IMG/VR virus record: IMGVR_UViG_3300021963_009201
Span: 96,001 to 160,000 of that record
From: a virus
Direction: 5' to 3' (one strand)
DNA length: 64,000 nt
Of this stretch, positions 30,022 to 39,612 are shown one piece after another (the first letter of the stretch is position 1; every line of letters begins with the position of its first letter). The position numbers and the translations under genes were made by a program. The notes below the pieces were generated by a model that was given only the letters and a program-made list of their open reading frames with translations, ran no database searches and was not told the origin of the DNA.

Positions 30022-30519
30022 TTAAAGCCTTGATTCACTTAAGCGATCATTTAAATCTTTAGATCGCTTTCTTTTAATGTCTAAAATAGTTTCATGATCT
30101 ATGTCATTATCTTTTAGGTACTGATGATACATTGAGTCAACTTGGTCTCTAATAATAGATTCAGATTTTTCGTTCCATTGAACCCAAATATTTCCAAACA
30201 AAGCGTCAATGTTTTTTACAGCAGACTGTATTTGTCGAGAACTGTGTCCTCCCCAAACCCCATATTCTTCTTTCTTAACTAAGGCTAAGAAAAGACAATC
30301 TTTTATGACTGGGCACTTCAAGCAGACTTTAGAAGCTGTATCTAATTCTTGATTATGGCTTCTAGGGTACATTTGCCCTGGTTCGCTTTCCCAGCAGTTC
30401 CCAAGTGGTGCCCAACTTCGTTTTTTAGTTTGAAGATTTCTATAAAAAAATTCTAAAGATTTGTATGGGGGTAATTCTATTTCTTCTAAAATATACTCTT
30501 CATCATAAATCATGTCCAT
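30022..30519 (-). CDS. whiB: WhiB-family Fe-S transcription factor
   Basis: W...GNC..CLKCPV..DC..GVWGG; start moved from 30594 to MDMIY to reduce overlap. Confidence 0.9.
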   Translation of the reverse strand: MDMIYDEEYILEEIELPPYKSLEFFYRNLQTKKRSWAPLGNCWESEPGQMYPRSHNQELDTASKVCLKCPVIKDCLFLALVKKEEYGVWGGHSSRQIQSAVKNIDALFGNIWVQWNEKSESIIRDQVDSMYHQYLKDNDIDHETILDIKRKRSKDLNDRLSESRL

Positions 30520-31171
30520 TTTTATTTTCTTTTTCTGCAGAGAGTTCTTTAATAATTGAAAATAAGACAGCTGGCCTATAAAGCTTCTGTCCAATTTTAT
30601 CTGTTACATTTCCGTAATTAATGATATTTTCGTCAGGCGCAATATTTAAGCTAGAACACGATGCAATATATTGATTTTTGGCTTGCTCAAATTTCCAGTC
30701 CAAGAATGAATGGTATGTTCCCATATATAAGAAAAGTTTATCGGCTTCAAGTTCTTTTGGTGCACTTTCTGCCGCTTTCCAAATAATACTGGAATACTCA
30801 CGCACAACATGGATCATAATGATGTTATGCCGAGCTTCATGAAGGTCTATATAATCGTCTAGCATTCCCTCACTAATTCGGTTCACTACATCGCATAAAG
30901 CTGACATAATTGGCGCATCAGATCTAGAATCAAGAAGCTCTGAATAGAAAGATATTAAATCAGCACTAGCAAAAACCACTAACGGAACTGATGTATTGTG
31001 CAGATTAACGCTATCAATATCAATATATTTACTTAAGGCTTCTACAAGTTCTGAAGGGAGACTTTCTCCGTTTGGGCCTAAAATTTTTGAAGCACTCTTG
31101 TTATTTTTCGGCGCGTCATTAAGAATATCGTCATCTTCATCACCTATGAAGTACGGATTACTGGAATTCAA
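30503..31171 (-). CDS. hypothetical protein
   Basis: AGGAG RBS, 222 aa. Confidence 0.65.
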   Translation of the reverse strand: MNSSNPYFIGDEDDDILNDAPKNNKSASKILGPNGESLPSELVEALSKYIDIDSVNLHNTSVPLVVFASADLISFYSELLDSRSDAPIMSALCDVVNRISEGMLDDYIDLHEARHNIIMIHVVREYSSIIWKAAESAPKELEADKLFLYMGTYHSFLDWKFEQAKNQYIASCSSLNIAPDENIINYGNVTDKIGQKLYRPAVLFSIIKELSAEKENKNGHDL

Positions 31172-31179
31172 AGTCGCTC

Positions 31180-31614
31180 CTATTTTTTGAGATTTTTTAA
31201 CTTATCTATTTCTAATTCATTTAGAAATACATTAGCAAGCTTGTCTGCTTCGTGGACGTAAGATCTTTTCACGTGTTGAATCCTAAATCTAAACTCTTGC
31301 TGAATAATCCTAATAGATTTTAAAAGAGTAAAAAGATTTTCGTTTCGGCATTGCCATTTTCCGTTTACCTGATTAACAACTACAGCGGAGTCGCTATAAA
31401 TTATAGGGTCGTTTAATTGAGCCATAGAACAAATTAGAAGACTCGTAATTACGGCTTCATATTCCGCTTCATTATTTGTTCGTTTGCCTAGGCCGCGAGC
31501 ATATTTTGCTATTTCTTTTTTATTTTTATAAACAACAATACCGCACGCTGCTTCCCCCATCTTTTTTTGGCCTTGCCCCCTTGCCGCACCATCGCAAACG
31601 ACTTCAATTAACAT
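31180..31614 (-). CDS. rnhA: ribonuclease HI
   Basis: CDGAARG, TNNEAEYEA, SDS..VVNQVNGKW, HVKR..ADKLAN. Confidence 0.92.
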   Translation of the reverse strand: MLIEVVCDGAARGQGQKKMGEAACGIVVYKNKKEIAKYARGLGKRTNNEAEYEAVITSLLICSMAQLNDPIIYSDSAVVVNQVNGKWQCRNENLFTLLKSIRIIQQEFRFRIQHVKRSYVHEADKLANVFLNELEIDKLKNLKK

Positions 31615-31621
31615 AGTTGAC

Positions 31622-31957
31622 CTAATCTATAGATCCGTATATTTCAATTTTAAGAATTTCCATTAGATCGTCCAACCTTGTCTTGACTATCTTCGGTGCA
31701 CGATCGTACAAGTCTAGAATCAAATCTAGATCTTTAGAAGAGTATATTATTTTTGAATCCCAAGTTTTTTGTCCAAGTAACAAAAATGATAATATTTTTA
31801 TTAAACGAAAATCCGAAATTTTTTTGTCAATATCATGCTTTGACTGGGATATAGCCAGTTCAGATACTAGGAACTGTAGAATATCATCTTTTTCGTTTTC
31901 ATCTAAACAAAAAAGGTAATCTAAAACATTATCATTTATCTCTAATATTTCATTCAT
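31622..31957 (-). CDS. hypothetical protein
   Basis: Packed ORF. Confidence 0.5.
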   Translation of the reverse strand: MNEILEINDNVLDYLFCLDENEKDDILQFLVSELAISQSKHDIDKKISDFRLIKILSFLLLGQKTWDSKIIYSSKDLDLILDLYDRAPKIVKTRLDDLMEILKIEIYGSID

Positions 31958-32151
31958 CTAGTTATCTCGAATGCTTTCTATTTTTATATTAGACACTAAA
32001 TTTCTTATATCTAATAAGACATCTGTTACTCTATGTGAATCGCAAAGTTTTTGATTTTTAAATTCAAAAACCCCAGCGTCAATTAAGCTGATAACATCGT
32101 CTAAGCTGATAACGTCGCCTATAGTAGGGGTAGCTGAGATCACGTATGTCC

Positions 32152-32718
32152 TTATGAGAATAAAGAAGTCATAGATTTAGTGTCAAAATTGTACACTAAT
32201 TGGAAATTCTCCATTTCCAAATGGGAACTGTATGCTTTAGAGAAAATGGGGTGACCTATTAGCATATTGATTTCAATTAAAGCTTGTTTAAAGTCTTCGT
32301 TTAAAAGGGTGTAATTTTCTGTATAAGAACTAAAAATTAACCATTGCATTAATGGAAAACTAGATGAGTTAGTATAGAAATCTTTACCTTCAGTTTTTTC
32401 GATATAGGTGTCTGGATTAGAAAGCTCTACAGGGTTAATACCTAGGCGGCAGCCTGAAATATAAGCTCCCATGTACGCATCATATTCTTCGCTATAATCG
32501 TTTGATACCTCAATTGATATATATTGAAGGCTTGGAAACTTATCTTTAATACTAGTGAAATAATTAATTGTTAATTCTTCAATATTTATAGTTAAATGTG
32601 ATTCTGCTTTTGCAATTTTATCTATAGATGATTGAAGATCTTGTTTTAAAAGTGTAACTGTCATTTTAATCAACAACCTTTGTAAGTTTAAAGTTAACTT
32701 TTCCGCCAAGCCAATCAA
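32152..32718 (-). CDS. hypothetical protein
   Basis: Follows the DUF6915-like gene. Confidence 0.55.
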   Translation of the reverse strand: MIGLAEKLTLNLQRLLIKMTVTLLKQDLQSSIDKIAKAESHLTINIEELTINYFTSIKDKFPSLQYISIEVSNDYSEEYDAYMGAYISGCRLGINPVELSNPDTYIEKTEGKDFYTNSSSFPLMQWLIFSSYTENYTLLNEDFKQALIEINMLIGHPIFSKAYSSHLEMENFQLVYNFDTKSMTSLFS

Positions 32719-33013
32719 GCATTGGCATTTCTTGCAGGTAGTCTTGCACTGTGGGGATAAAACCCAAGTCTTCTAATACATGTTTTTCACAAATATCTCT
32801 TACTGCGTATTCTTTATTGTTAGAGTTTATACGCCAAACTCCAAAGATTTGTTGCGCAATATATATACCAAAACTGCTATGCAAGATTGCGCGATGACGC
32901 ATATCGGGAAAATGAGCTTTTGAACTATCTAAAAACTCATGGATATCTATATAATCATCTATTTGTCCGCCATAGTGGGTTACACTATGCTTAGCATGAA
33001 CTAAAGGTTTCAT
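32666..33013 (-). CDS. DUF6915-like protein
   Basis: HAKHSV..YGG..DY..IH..DSSK..RHRA.LHSSFG..E.HV.EDLG.IP. Confidence 0.7.
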   Translation of the reverse strand: MKPLVHAKHSVTHYGGQIDDYIDIHEFLDSSKAHFPDMRHRAILHSSFGIYIAQQIFGVWRINSNNKEYAVRDICEKHVLEDLGFIPTVQDYLQEMPMLDWLGGKVNFKLTKVVD

Positions 33014-33015
33014 TT

Positions 33016-33720
33016 TTATACCAGGATAGCAGACTTGGGTTTTTTGAAGATTATAGAGTCTTCTTCAACCTCATTAGATGAGGTTCCATTATTGTCAGTT
33101 TCAGATATAATGAATTTGTCGCCATTATAAGAGACAGTTATAGTGTGTATTCCATTTCCTGCTTTGTCGGCTACAAATGAGTAGCCATTCTTAAATTCAA
33201 CCCATGATTTTTTATTTATGCTCAACAGATCTTCAATTGTTTCTACATTTTCGTTAATTCCATTACGGCAAGTGATCCAGTAAAGTAAAAGCGCACACTG
33301 CATTATCTTTTTTGAATCTTTTTTTAAAGTAAGCCATAATTTATTAAGATCTTCGACATGCTCTAGAATAGAGTCCCGCATAAGTATATCAATACTTGAT
33401 GAATCTAGATTATCTTCTATAAATTCATTAGGATTGAATAGGAATCGAATCATATCAATTTCCCAAGTTATTGCTTCAACATCTGTTTGCTTTATAATGG
33501 GGACTTGCTTTATGTATTGTGATGGAATTTGTGTTGAAACAATTGAGTCATAGTCGCCTATAGCGGCTGCGGTAAAATAACTAGCGGTATCTTTACTAGC
33601 ACAGTCATAGCTGCAAAATTTACCGTAAACAATCCCATTAAATTCATCGATAACGCTTACGACAATTGACGGATACGACGCATTGTCTTTTTGTGGACAA
33701 TTACTGCAGTTAAATTCCAT
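33016..33720 (-). CDS. hypothetical protein with N-terminal Zn finger
   Basis: CSNC..FCSYDC; GAGG RBS. Confidence 0.6.
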   Translation of the reverse strand: MEFNCSNCPQKDNASYPSIVVSVIDEFNGIVYGKFCSYDCASKDTASYFTAAAIGDYDSIVSTQIPSQYIKQVPIIKQTDVEAITWEIDMIRFLFNPNEFIEDNLDSSSIDILMRDSILEHVEDLNKLWLTLKKDSKKIMQCALLLYWITCRNGINENVETIEDLLSINKKSWVEFKNGYSFVADKAGNGIHTITVSYNGDKFIISETDNNGTSSNEVEEDSIIFKKPKSAILV

Positions 33721-33798
33721 GGTAAACCTCAGGTATAAAGAAAATGCTCCCCCCCTTTTCCCTGTTAATATCTGAAAAGAGAGAGAGCTTTTAATGAG

Positions 33799-34188
33799 TG
33801 GAGCTGGGGGGAATCGAACCCCCGTCTTTTGGGCGAAACTTTTTTGCGATACAACTATTCCCGTTTTAGCGACGGGTCGCTAGGGCCGATCGACTCTTGC
33901 GAGTTTCTCGTTTCCACCATCCACGCTTTCATGGCAGTCAAACGGTCTTTCCCGTTAGTCTATCTGTCTTTCCAGATTGTCTTTTTAGTTTCTGTTGAAA
34001 GGCACTAAAATAGCCCCGGGACACTAGTTAGACTAGTGCGCCCTCCTCTTCGAGAAGGGTGGCCATTTCGGCGTCCCAGTCGCAGACATATTCATCGGCG
34101 TTTATTGTTTTGCCCCTTTTAACGTCTCTGAGCAAGACGAGTTGCACTAGAAAGCTTCCTAGACCCAAAATCGAAACCAGTCAGCCCC
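33799..34188 (-). ncRNA. ssrA: tmRNA
   Basis: 5' GGGGCTGA; 3' GGGGGTTCGATTCCCCCCAGCTCCA; G3:U70 alanine identity pair; tag frame 34099-34028 ADEYVCDWDAEMATLLEEEGALV*. Confidence 0.93.
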
Positions 34189-34258
34189 TTTGAATCCAAA
34201 ACCCCAGCTATTTGCTTTAAGCAGGAATAGTTCCGTGGTCTGCAGTTTTTATAGTAAG

Positions 34259-34330
34259 AGCCTCCTCAGAGAATCGAACTCTGATCTTAGCTTTACAAGA
34301 GCCATGTAATAGCCGTTATACTAAAGAGGC
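34259..34330 (-). tRNA. tRNA-Thr(UGU)
   Basis: GCCTCTT acceptor; TGGCT-CTTGTAA-AGCTA; AGTTCGATTCT. Confidence 0.9.
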
Positions 34331-34334
34331 GTAT

Positions 34335-34604
34335 TTATATTTCGGACTTCCTACCGATGTCATGTAAGCCGCCTGGCGCAAAAAACTCTATCTCATCACC
34401 ATCACTAGCAATATAGTCCCAATCGATTTGGATACAGCTTGATGGTAAGTTTGTTACCGGATTTCTTTTAAGGACTTTCATCGGTGAAAAATTCAATGAA
34501 ATATTATCGAAGTATTCTTTATACTTTACAACAAGCTCTCGAATACTAACTCCGTCCCCGCTTTGGAGTTCGATATTCTTATTATTCCATAACATTTTTA
34601 CCAT
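34335..34604 (-). CDS. second ubiquitin-like protein Ubl-2 with di-Gly followed by a 10-aa extension
   Basis: GVSIRELV..DWDYIASDGDEIEFFAPGG|LHDIGRKSEI aligns with Ubl-1 and the ThiS/MoaD C-terminus. Confidence 0.7.
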   Translation of the reverse strand: MVKMLWNNKNIELQSGDGVSIRELVVKYKEYFDNISLNFSPMKVLKRNPVTNLPSSCIQIDWDYIASDGDEIEFFAPGGLHDIGRKSEI

Positions 34605-35105
34605 TTTTTCCTCCTCTGTCTTTTAGAATATTTTCGTATATGGTTTGAATTTTATTTTCAGCTTTTTTAATTTCTTGTTTTTTCTTTTTTGAGCTCTTCA
34701 TTTCTTCGATCTGTCCAATATCTCACGCCTGAATTATGAAATTGCTCATCATGCCACCAAGGCAAATAGCATTGGTAGTCGTCTACCGGGTCTTTTTCTG
34801 CGCATCTACATGATTTCATTCTTACTCCCAGTGTTCCGAATAGAGGTTATCGTTTGACCAGTCAGCAGACGGCGAATAATTTTCATCTTGCTCTTCGTAA
34901 TACTCTTCATAAGAGTAGTTTTTTTCGAAGTAATATTCTTCAATTATGTCCTCATACTCGTTATCGTGAATGTCAATCAATGTTTCCTACCTAAAAATTG
35001 ATTTTATACTTATATAAAAAGAAGCTACAAACAAAGAGTAATAGCCGAATTTGTTACGTAGTGATTGTTTTTTCCACCAAAATTTCAAGAAATCTATATC
35101 TAGCA

Positions 35106-35519
35106 TCAGAAAATTTCTGCCCTGTAGACCATGTCTTTTGCAATCCATAGATTGACACGGTTTTCTGCAAAACCTGGACCTATTAACTCACCAACGCCGT
35201 CTTTCATTACTATCCGGCATTGCATGCCATTTTGTATGGCTAAATCAAAAGCATTTTTCTCGGTCATGTCTACGTAGCCTGGCACTTCTTTAAAAGCTGG
35301 AAGCAACATGACCGAAACAATTCGGCTGTTTTGGCGCTGGTAAAACCATTCTCGATAAGTGTTTATAGTTGCACTTTTGCCTAGGACGTCAATAGCCCAA
35401 GCATCTTCATCTATAAAAGGTATATAAGCTCTTTCATATAGCGGGTATTCTTCGTCTATATCCTCAATATAAACTAATCCTTCTCCACGACTTGTTTCAA
35501 CATTAACAACATAATTCAT
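35106..35519 (-). CDS. hypothetical protein
   Basis: Coupled overlap with the upstream gene. Confidence 0.6.
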   Translation of the reverse strand: MNYVVNVETSRGEGLVYIEDIDEEYPLYERAYIPFIDEDAWAIDVLGKSATINTYREWFYQRQNSRIVSVMLLPAFKEVPGYVDMTEKNAFDLAIQNGMQCRIVMKDGVGELIGPGFAENRVNLWIAKDMVYRAEIF

Positions 35520-35923
35520 TTATTAAGCTCCATCTTATATATAGTAACAAACGGAGGCAAAGCAGCTATGACGTCTGTCATTTGATCGAATTGTTTAATC
35601 CAATCAATATATTCGGAAAGTATACTTTCGTTACTGTGCATTGGTGTGCCGGTTAGCTCTTCATATGCTTTGTATAAAGAATGGTCTTTTGCTGAGGCCC
35701 ATGTCCATTCTTCAATTTCATACAATTTTAAAAAACCGTATTCCATATTAATTTTTTCTAACAAATGCTTCTTTGCTTCTTCGATAGTTGAATATATGTT
35801 TTTTCCAACTATCATTTCCCCGAATTCACTGTATGTACTGTCGTTATATTCAAGATTAGAGCCAAGCATTATATAAAACTCCCCGGAATTTAGGGGGGTT
35901 TCTACGCTCCCTACTTTTTTCAC
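35516..35923 (-). CDS. hypothetical protein
   Basis: Coupled overlaps. Confidence 0.6.
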   Translation of the reverse strand: MKKVGSVETPLNSGEFYIMLGSNLEYNDSTYSEFGEMIVGKNIYSTIEEAKKHLLEKINMEYGFLKLYEIEEWTWASAKDHSLYKAYEELTGTPMHSNESILSEYIDWIKQFDQMTDVIAALPPFVTIYKMELNK

Positions 35924-36167
35924 GAAATATCATCTCTTTCTTGCATTTTTCGGAAAAATTTATATGCGGTATATGATTCCTCGTTTAACATTGCTTTTTT
36001 ATAATTTTTAGCTACAGCAATGACTGCCGCACCAAGCAAAAACGAGTACGCAAAAGATTTAAGAAAGTACTTAAAGCTTTCTTCTAGATCTATTTCGCTA
36101 TTTTCTTTTAAGTTTTTTATTCGATCAAATTCCATACACCTAACCTGCCTTAATCATTGAAGAATGT

Positions 36168-36617
36168 TTATATGTTTATTGTGCCATTTAGCAATTCTTT
36201 TGTTGGCCACCAATATTCCATTTTATCATCTTCTGTCCAAGAAAATTGAGAATAATACTCATAATCTTTTCTCAACAAGTTGCTGCGGTGTGAAGAATGC
36301 AGTCTATCGTCCCCAAGCCATAAAGGATCGTAAAATGGCCCATTTAAAAGATCAAAAGCTTTTATTGTCTTTTCAAGGCATACATTCTCATTATAGCCGC
36401 GATAGACCCACTCTGAAACTATTGCTATTTGGTACTCCAAAAGAGTATGCTCATGACCTTCCCACATAAGTGTTGCTGGATGATTTACCCACCCTGAGCT
36501 GAGTCCGGCCAACGCATTCATTATTTGGAGAGTTTCGACTCGCTGTTTGCCAAGGCGCCTATAGTCTAGACACTTTGCAGTTTTGCCAAAGTCTTTATAT
36601 GGTAAAAATGTTTGCAT
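36168..36617 (-). CDS. pyrimidine dimer DNA glycosylase-like protein (MSMEG_6728 type)
   Basis: MQTFLPY..LDYRRLGKQRVE..GWVNHPATLMWEG..HSSHRSNLLRKD. Confidence 0.88.
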   Translation of the reverse strand: MQTFLPYKDFGKTAKCLDYRRLGKQRVETLQIMNALAGLSSGWVNHPATLMWEGHEHTLLEYQIAIVSEWVYRGYNENVCLEKTIKAFDLLNGPFYDPLWLGDDRLHSSHRSNLLRKDYEYYSQFSWTEDDKMEYWWPTKELLNGTINI

Positions 36618-36623
36618 AAAGAA

Positions 36624-37109
36624 TTAACCTTTTGAATAATTATGCCATTTAGCCAAAGGCAGCTTGACTGGTTTTCCGCTATCAAAAAATACTACATACC
36701 TAACATATGTCTCTGCCAATAATGCCTTGCAGTAAAGACAGGGTGAAGTGTTTGGCATAAACGTATTGGTCCTGGCCCTACTTCCCGCTATGTAGACAGT
36801 CCCACCTTTAATTGCTGGCATCCTATAAAAAAGGTCTAGCTCTGCATGTACGCCACAAACATCTGGGTAAGCATCATCTATGGTACTTGCCCTGCGATCA
36901 AGCTTGTTATAGCCAAAAATGGATCGGGATCCTTTTACCCATTTCGCTACCATGTTATAACTTCCTCCAGAAATATGTTCTAAAGACATTTCTGTGAGTT
37001 TATTCAAAGTTATAAAATCTGTTTTAGTGATAGTTAAATCAGAAGTAAGTTCACGCATTACCTCATCTTGGTTTAAGATTTGATCATATTTTACGGCATT
37101 TAGTCCCAT
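36624..37109 (-). CDS. zinc-dependent cytidine/dCMP deaminase-fold protein
   Basis: VHAELD...SPCLYC. Confidence 0.85.
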   Translation of the reverse strand: MGLNAVKYDQILNQDEVMRELTSDLTITKTDFITLNKLTEMSLEHISGGSYNMVAKWVKGSRSIFGYNKLDRRASTIDDAYPDVCGVHAELDLFYRMPAIKGGTVYIAGSRARTNTFMPNTSPCLYCKALLAETYVRYVVFFDSGKPVKLPLAKWHNYSKG

Positions 37110-37265
37110 TTTTAAGCTTGCTCAAAAGATTTAACAATAAAATCTAAAGTCTGTACGTTAGTGAACCCATTTTCAACTACATCGTCAATAATGGAGTAGG
37201 GAAGTTGAATATATGTAGAGTTAACTATGGTCGCTTTACACCAGCACTCTTTGTCTAGGCAAAGT

Positions 37266-37463
37266 TCATGACGATTTTCCATCATTTCTCCAAATCATAT
37301 ATGAGAAGTATAGCGCAATAGCTAAAATACTTAAAATTATACAGATGAAATTAATAAATGATCTGTAGTTAGATAATCCAAAAGTAAATCCCAAAACTGA
37401 CAGCAATAAGACAGAAAAGAACGCTGTTACTAAAATAAAACTTATTTGCCATTTAATGTCCAT
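37266..37463 (-). CDS. small two-TM membrane protein (start trimmed to lie after the tRNA)
   Basis: MDIKWQ... two hydrophobic helices. Confidence 0.55.
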   Translation of the reverse strand: MDIKWQISFILVTAFFSVLLLSVLGFTFGLSNYRSFINFICIILSILAIALYFSYMIWRNDGKSS

Positions 37464-37465
37464 AG

Positions 37466-37547
37466 TGCGGGTAGTGGGACTCGAACCCACAAGCCCGAAG
37501 GCGAAGGATTTTAAGTCCTCTGCGTTTGCCGATTTCGCCATACCCGC
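37466..37547 (-). tRNA. tRNA-Leu(UAA)
   Basis: GCGGGTA acceptor; GAGGA-CTTAAAA-TCCTT; long variable arm. Confidence 0.93.
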
Positions 37548-37553
37548 AAGAAC

Positions 37554-38255
37554 TTAAACTTTTATTTCAGAGTATATTTGAATTTCATCTAAAAGATTAT
37601 TTTGGACTTGTTCTGCACAAAGATAGAAGAAGTAGTCAGTATGCATTACAGGATGACCACCTAACATTTCTTCGGCAATCAGTTTTCTAAACCTACACCA
37701 AAGATCTTCTGACATTGGAAATTCATTTTTCATAAAACCTATTAAACGACTGTACTGGTCGTACTCAAGTCCTGTCCAGATAAAATTTATATCTCTGAAA
37801 GCATGATACATAATATTATTTTCTTCATCGAAGACGTTATGATAATCAAGGCTTGACAATAAAGAATACATAACTTTATTATCTTGATTCCCTATTCCAA
37901 CGTCTTCGCAAAATTTATCAACCAAAATTGCCGAATCAACAAAGTTATCACAATTTGTTACATCAAAGTCTACGTAAGCAAAGAAAGAAGCTAATGCTAG
38001 TAAGTCTTCGTTGTTTATTGATATTTTTCGAGTTTCGTTACAAAATTCAGTCAACGCTTTAATAGAGTTTTGAACTCTTGACCAGGTAGAAAAATAGTTA
38101 GTTGATTTTGTATAATATTCGTCTAGCAAATGAAACCATTTATCACTAAAAGTTGTTGTTTGCCAGTCATATGATATATTATAAATCAGTTCTTGCCATT
38201 TATTGTAAAGAAATTCTCTATCGTAAGTAAACGGCTCAATATTTTTAAGATTCAT
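37554..38255 (-). CDS. degenerate HD-superfamily phosphohydrolase-like protein
   Basis: Overall pattern resembles the YH...LAAWFHD family but the His/Asp ligands are replaced. Confidence 0.35.
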   Translation of the reverse strand: MNLKNIEPFTYDREFLYNKWQELIYNISYDWQTTTFSDKWFHLLDEYYTKSTNYFSTWSRVQNSIKALTEFCNETRKISINNEDLLALASFFAYVDFDVTNCDNFVDSAILVDKFCEDVGIGNQDNKVMYSLLSSLDYHNVFDEENNIMYHAFRDINFIWTGLEYDQYSRLIGFMKNEFPMSEDLWCRFRKLIAEEMLGGHPVMHTDYFFYLCAEQVQNNLLDEIQIYSEIKV

Positions 38256-38614
38256 AACTCACTTTTTCGTAAATAATTTTTACAGGACCAGAGCGTTCTG
38301 GCAATTTTGCCTGAGCTTCAAGGTATGTTTCGTAAGTTAACCGGAAATGAAGTGGATCTTCGGTTTTTCCTATAACAACTCGTTTTTCTGATTTATCTTG
38401 TGATATCTGAGATAAGTATACTATATACATTAAAAGATATTGTTTAATTGTTCTTCAGACAAAGTCTGAGATTTTTTCTTTCTTATTTTTTCGCTGTATG
38501 CAGAAAGTGGTTCTTTCCCGCATTTAACACACCAAAGTTTATAGTCGAAGTAAAGTATACCCAATGAATCACAAAGATGGCATTGATGTTTTGGGTCTAT
38601 TTTTCTTTTAGCCA

Positions 38615-39196
38615 CTAAACTGAAAATGTTATATAATCTATTGTATCAATAGAGTATTCATCATTGAATTGGATATCGTAATTTTCGCTATGAAGCCAAT
38701 TAGCAATAACTGATGGCTTGTCTACTGGCCGATTTATCTTCATGCCCATAGCAAGAATATCGTTTATTTCCGATGGATAACAAATTTTACCTTCGGGAAG
38801 CTCTAGGGTTTCATCAAAAACTACATTTTGGTTTTCAATAGTATAAGAAAAAGGTTCAGCTATTGAACCACTATAATTTGCCAGTACTGTTACAATACTA
38901 TGCCTTACTACGCCATCAGCATACTCTACGTCGTAGCCAAATGTTAGTAAAATACTTTCTGCTTTTGCCGCAGAAGCAAGCATCATCATGCTAACGATCT
39001 GTTGGGAATGCTCTTCTTCAGAATGGAAAGGCTTACCTTGTACGCAGAGCATCTTGTCTGATGGGCTGTATAGCCGCATGGAGGGCATTAGTTGCCTTCC
39101 ATTGAGAATGTAGTCAGTATATGTTTCAATAGCACTTTGCTTTTCTTGCGCCATATCCAAAGTGCTTTTTTCAAAAAACTTAATAAAACTAGACAT
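38615..39196 (-). CDS. hypothetical protein
   Basis: 193 aa, AAGGA RBS. Confidence 0.6.
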   Translation of the reverse strand: MSSFIKFFEKSTLDMAQEKQSAIETYTDYILNGRQLMPSMRLYSPSDKMLCVQGKPFHSEEEHSQQIVSMMMLASAAKAESILLTFGYDVEYADGVVRHSIVTVLANYSGSIAEPFSYTIENQNVVFDETLELPEGKICYPSEINDILAMGMKINRPVDKPSVIANWLHSENYDIQFNDEYSIDTIDYITFSV

Positions 39197-39584
39197 GTAC
39201 TATCCTTACAAACAGAAAACGCAGAACATAGTTGTTCTGCGTTCCCCATTTTTATTTATGTTGGTCAATAAATTAAAGATTTAAAACATGAACGTTATCA
39301 TTTGCATCTACGGTAACTTGTATAGCCCGATACTGTTCAACCAAAATTCTTTTACCCTTACCTACGCAACCGTCACAGCTATACATTCCCGCTTTATGCG
39401 CAATGGTACAATCTGCTTCAATTATGCATTCACCAATAGGGGCTAAAGCCCATTGTTCTATTTCCATAATTACCTACTATGTGAGATTTAATATTAAGAG
39501 GAATGTAAAAAATCCGGTTAAGAATAGCAGCACCAAAAAGTATGCTGCAATAAGTATTTTCTCCATAAAACCTCCTCAACTAAA

Positions 39585-39607
39585 TAAGGGGGATAAACTC
39601 CCCCTTA
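39585..39607 (-). terminator. terminator-like hairpin after the Rpf gene
   Basis: TAAGGGGG-AGTTTAT-CCCCCTTA followed by TTT. Confidence 0.5.
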
Positions 39608-39612
39608 AATAA

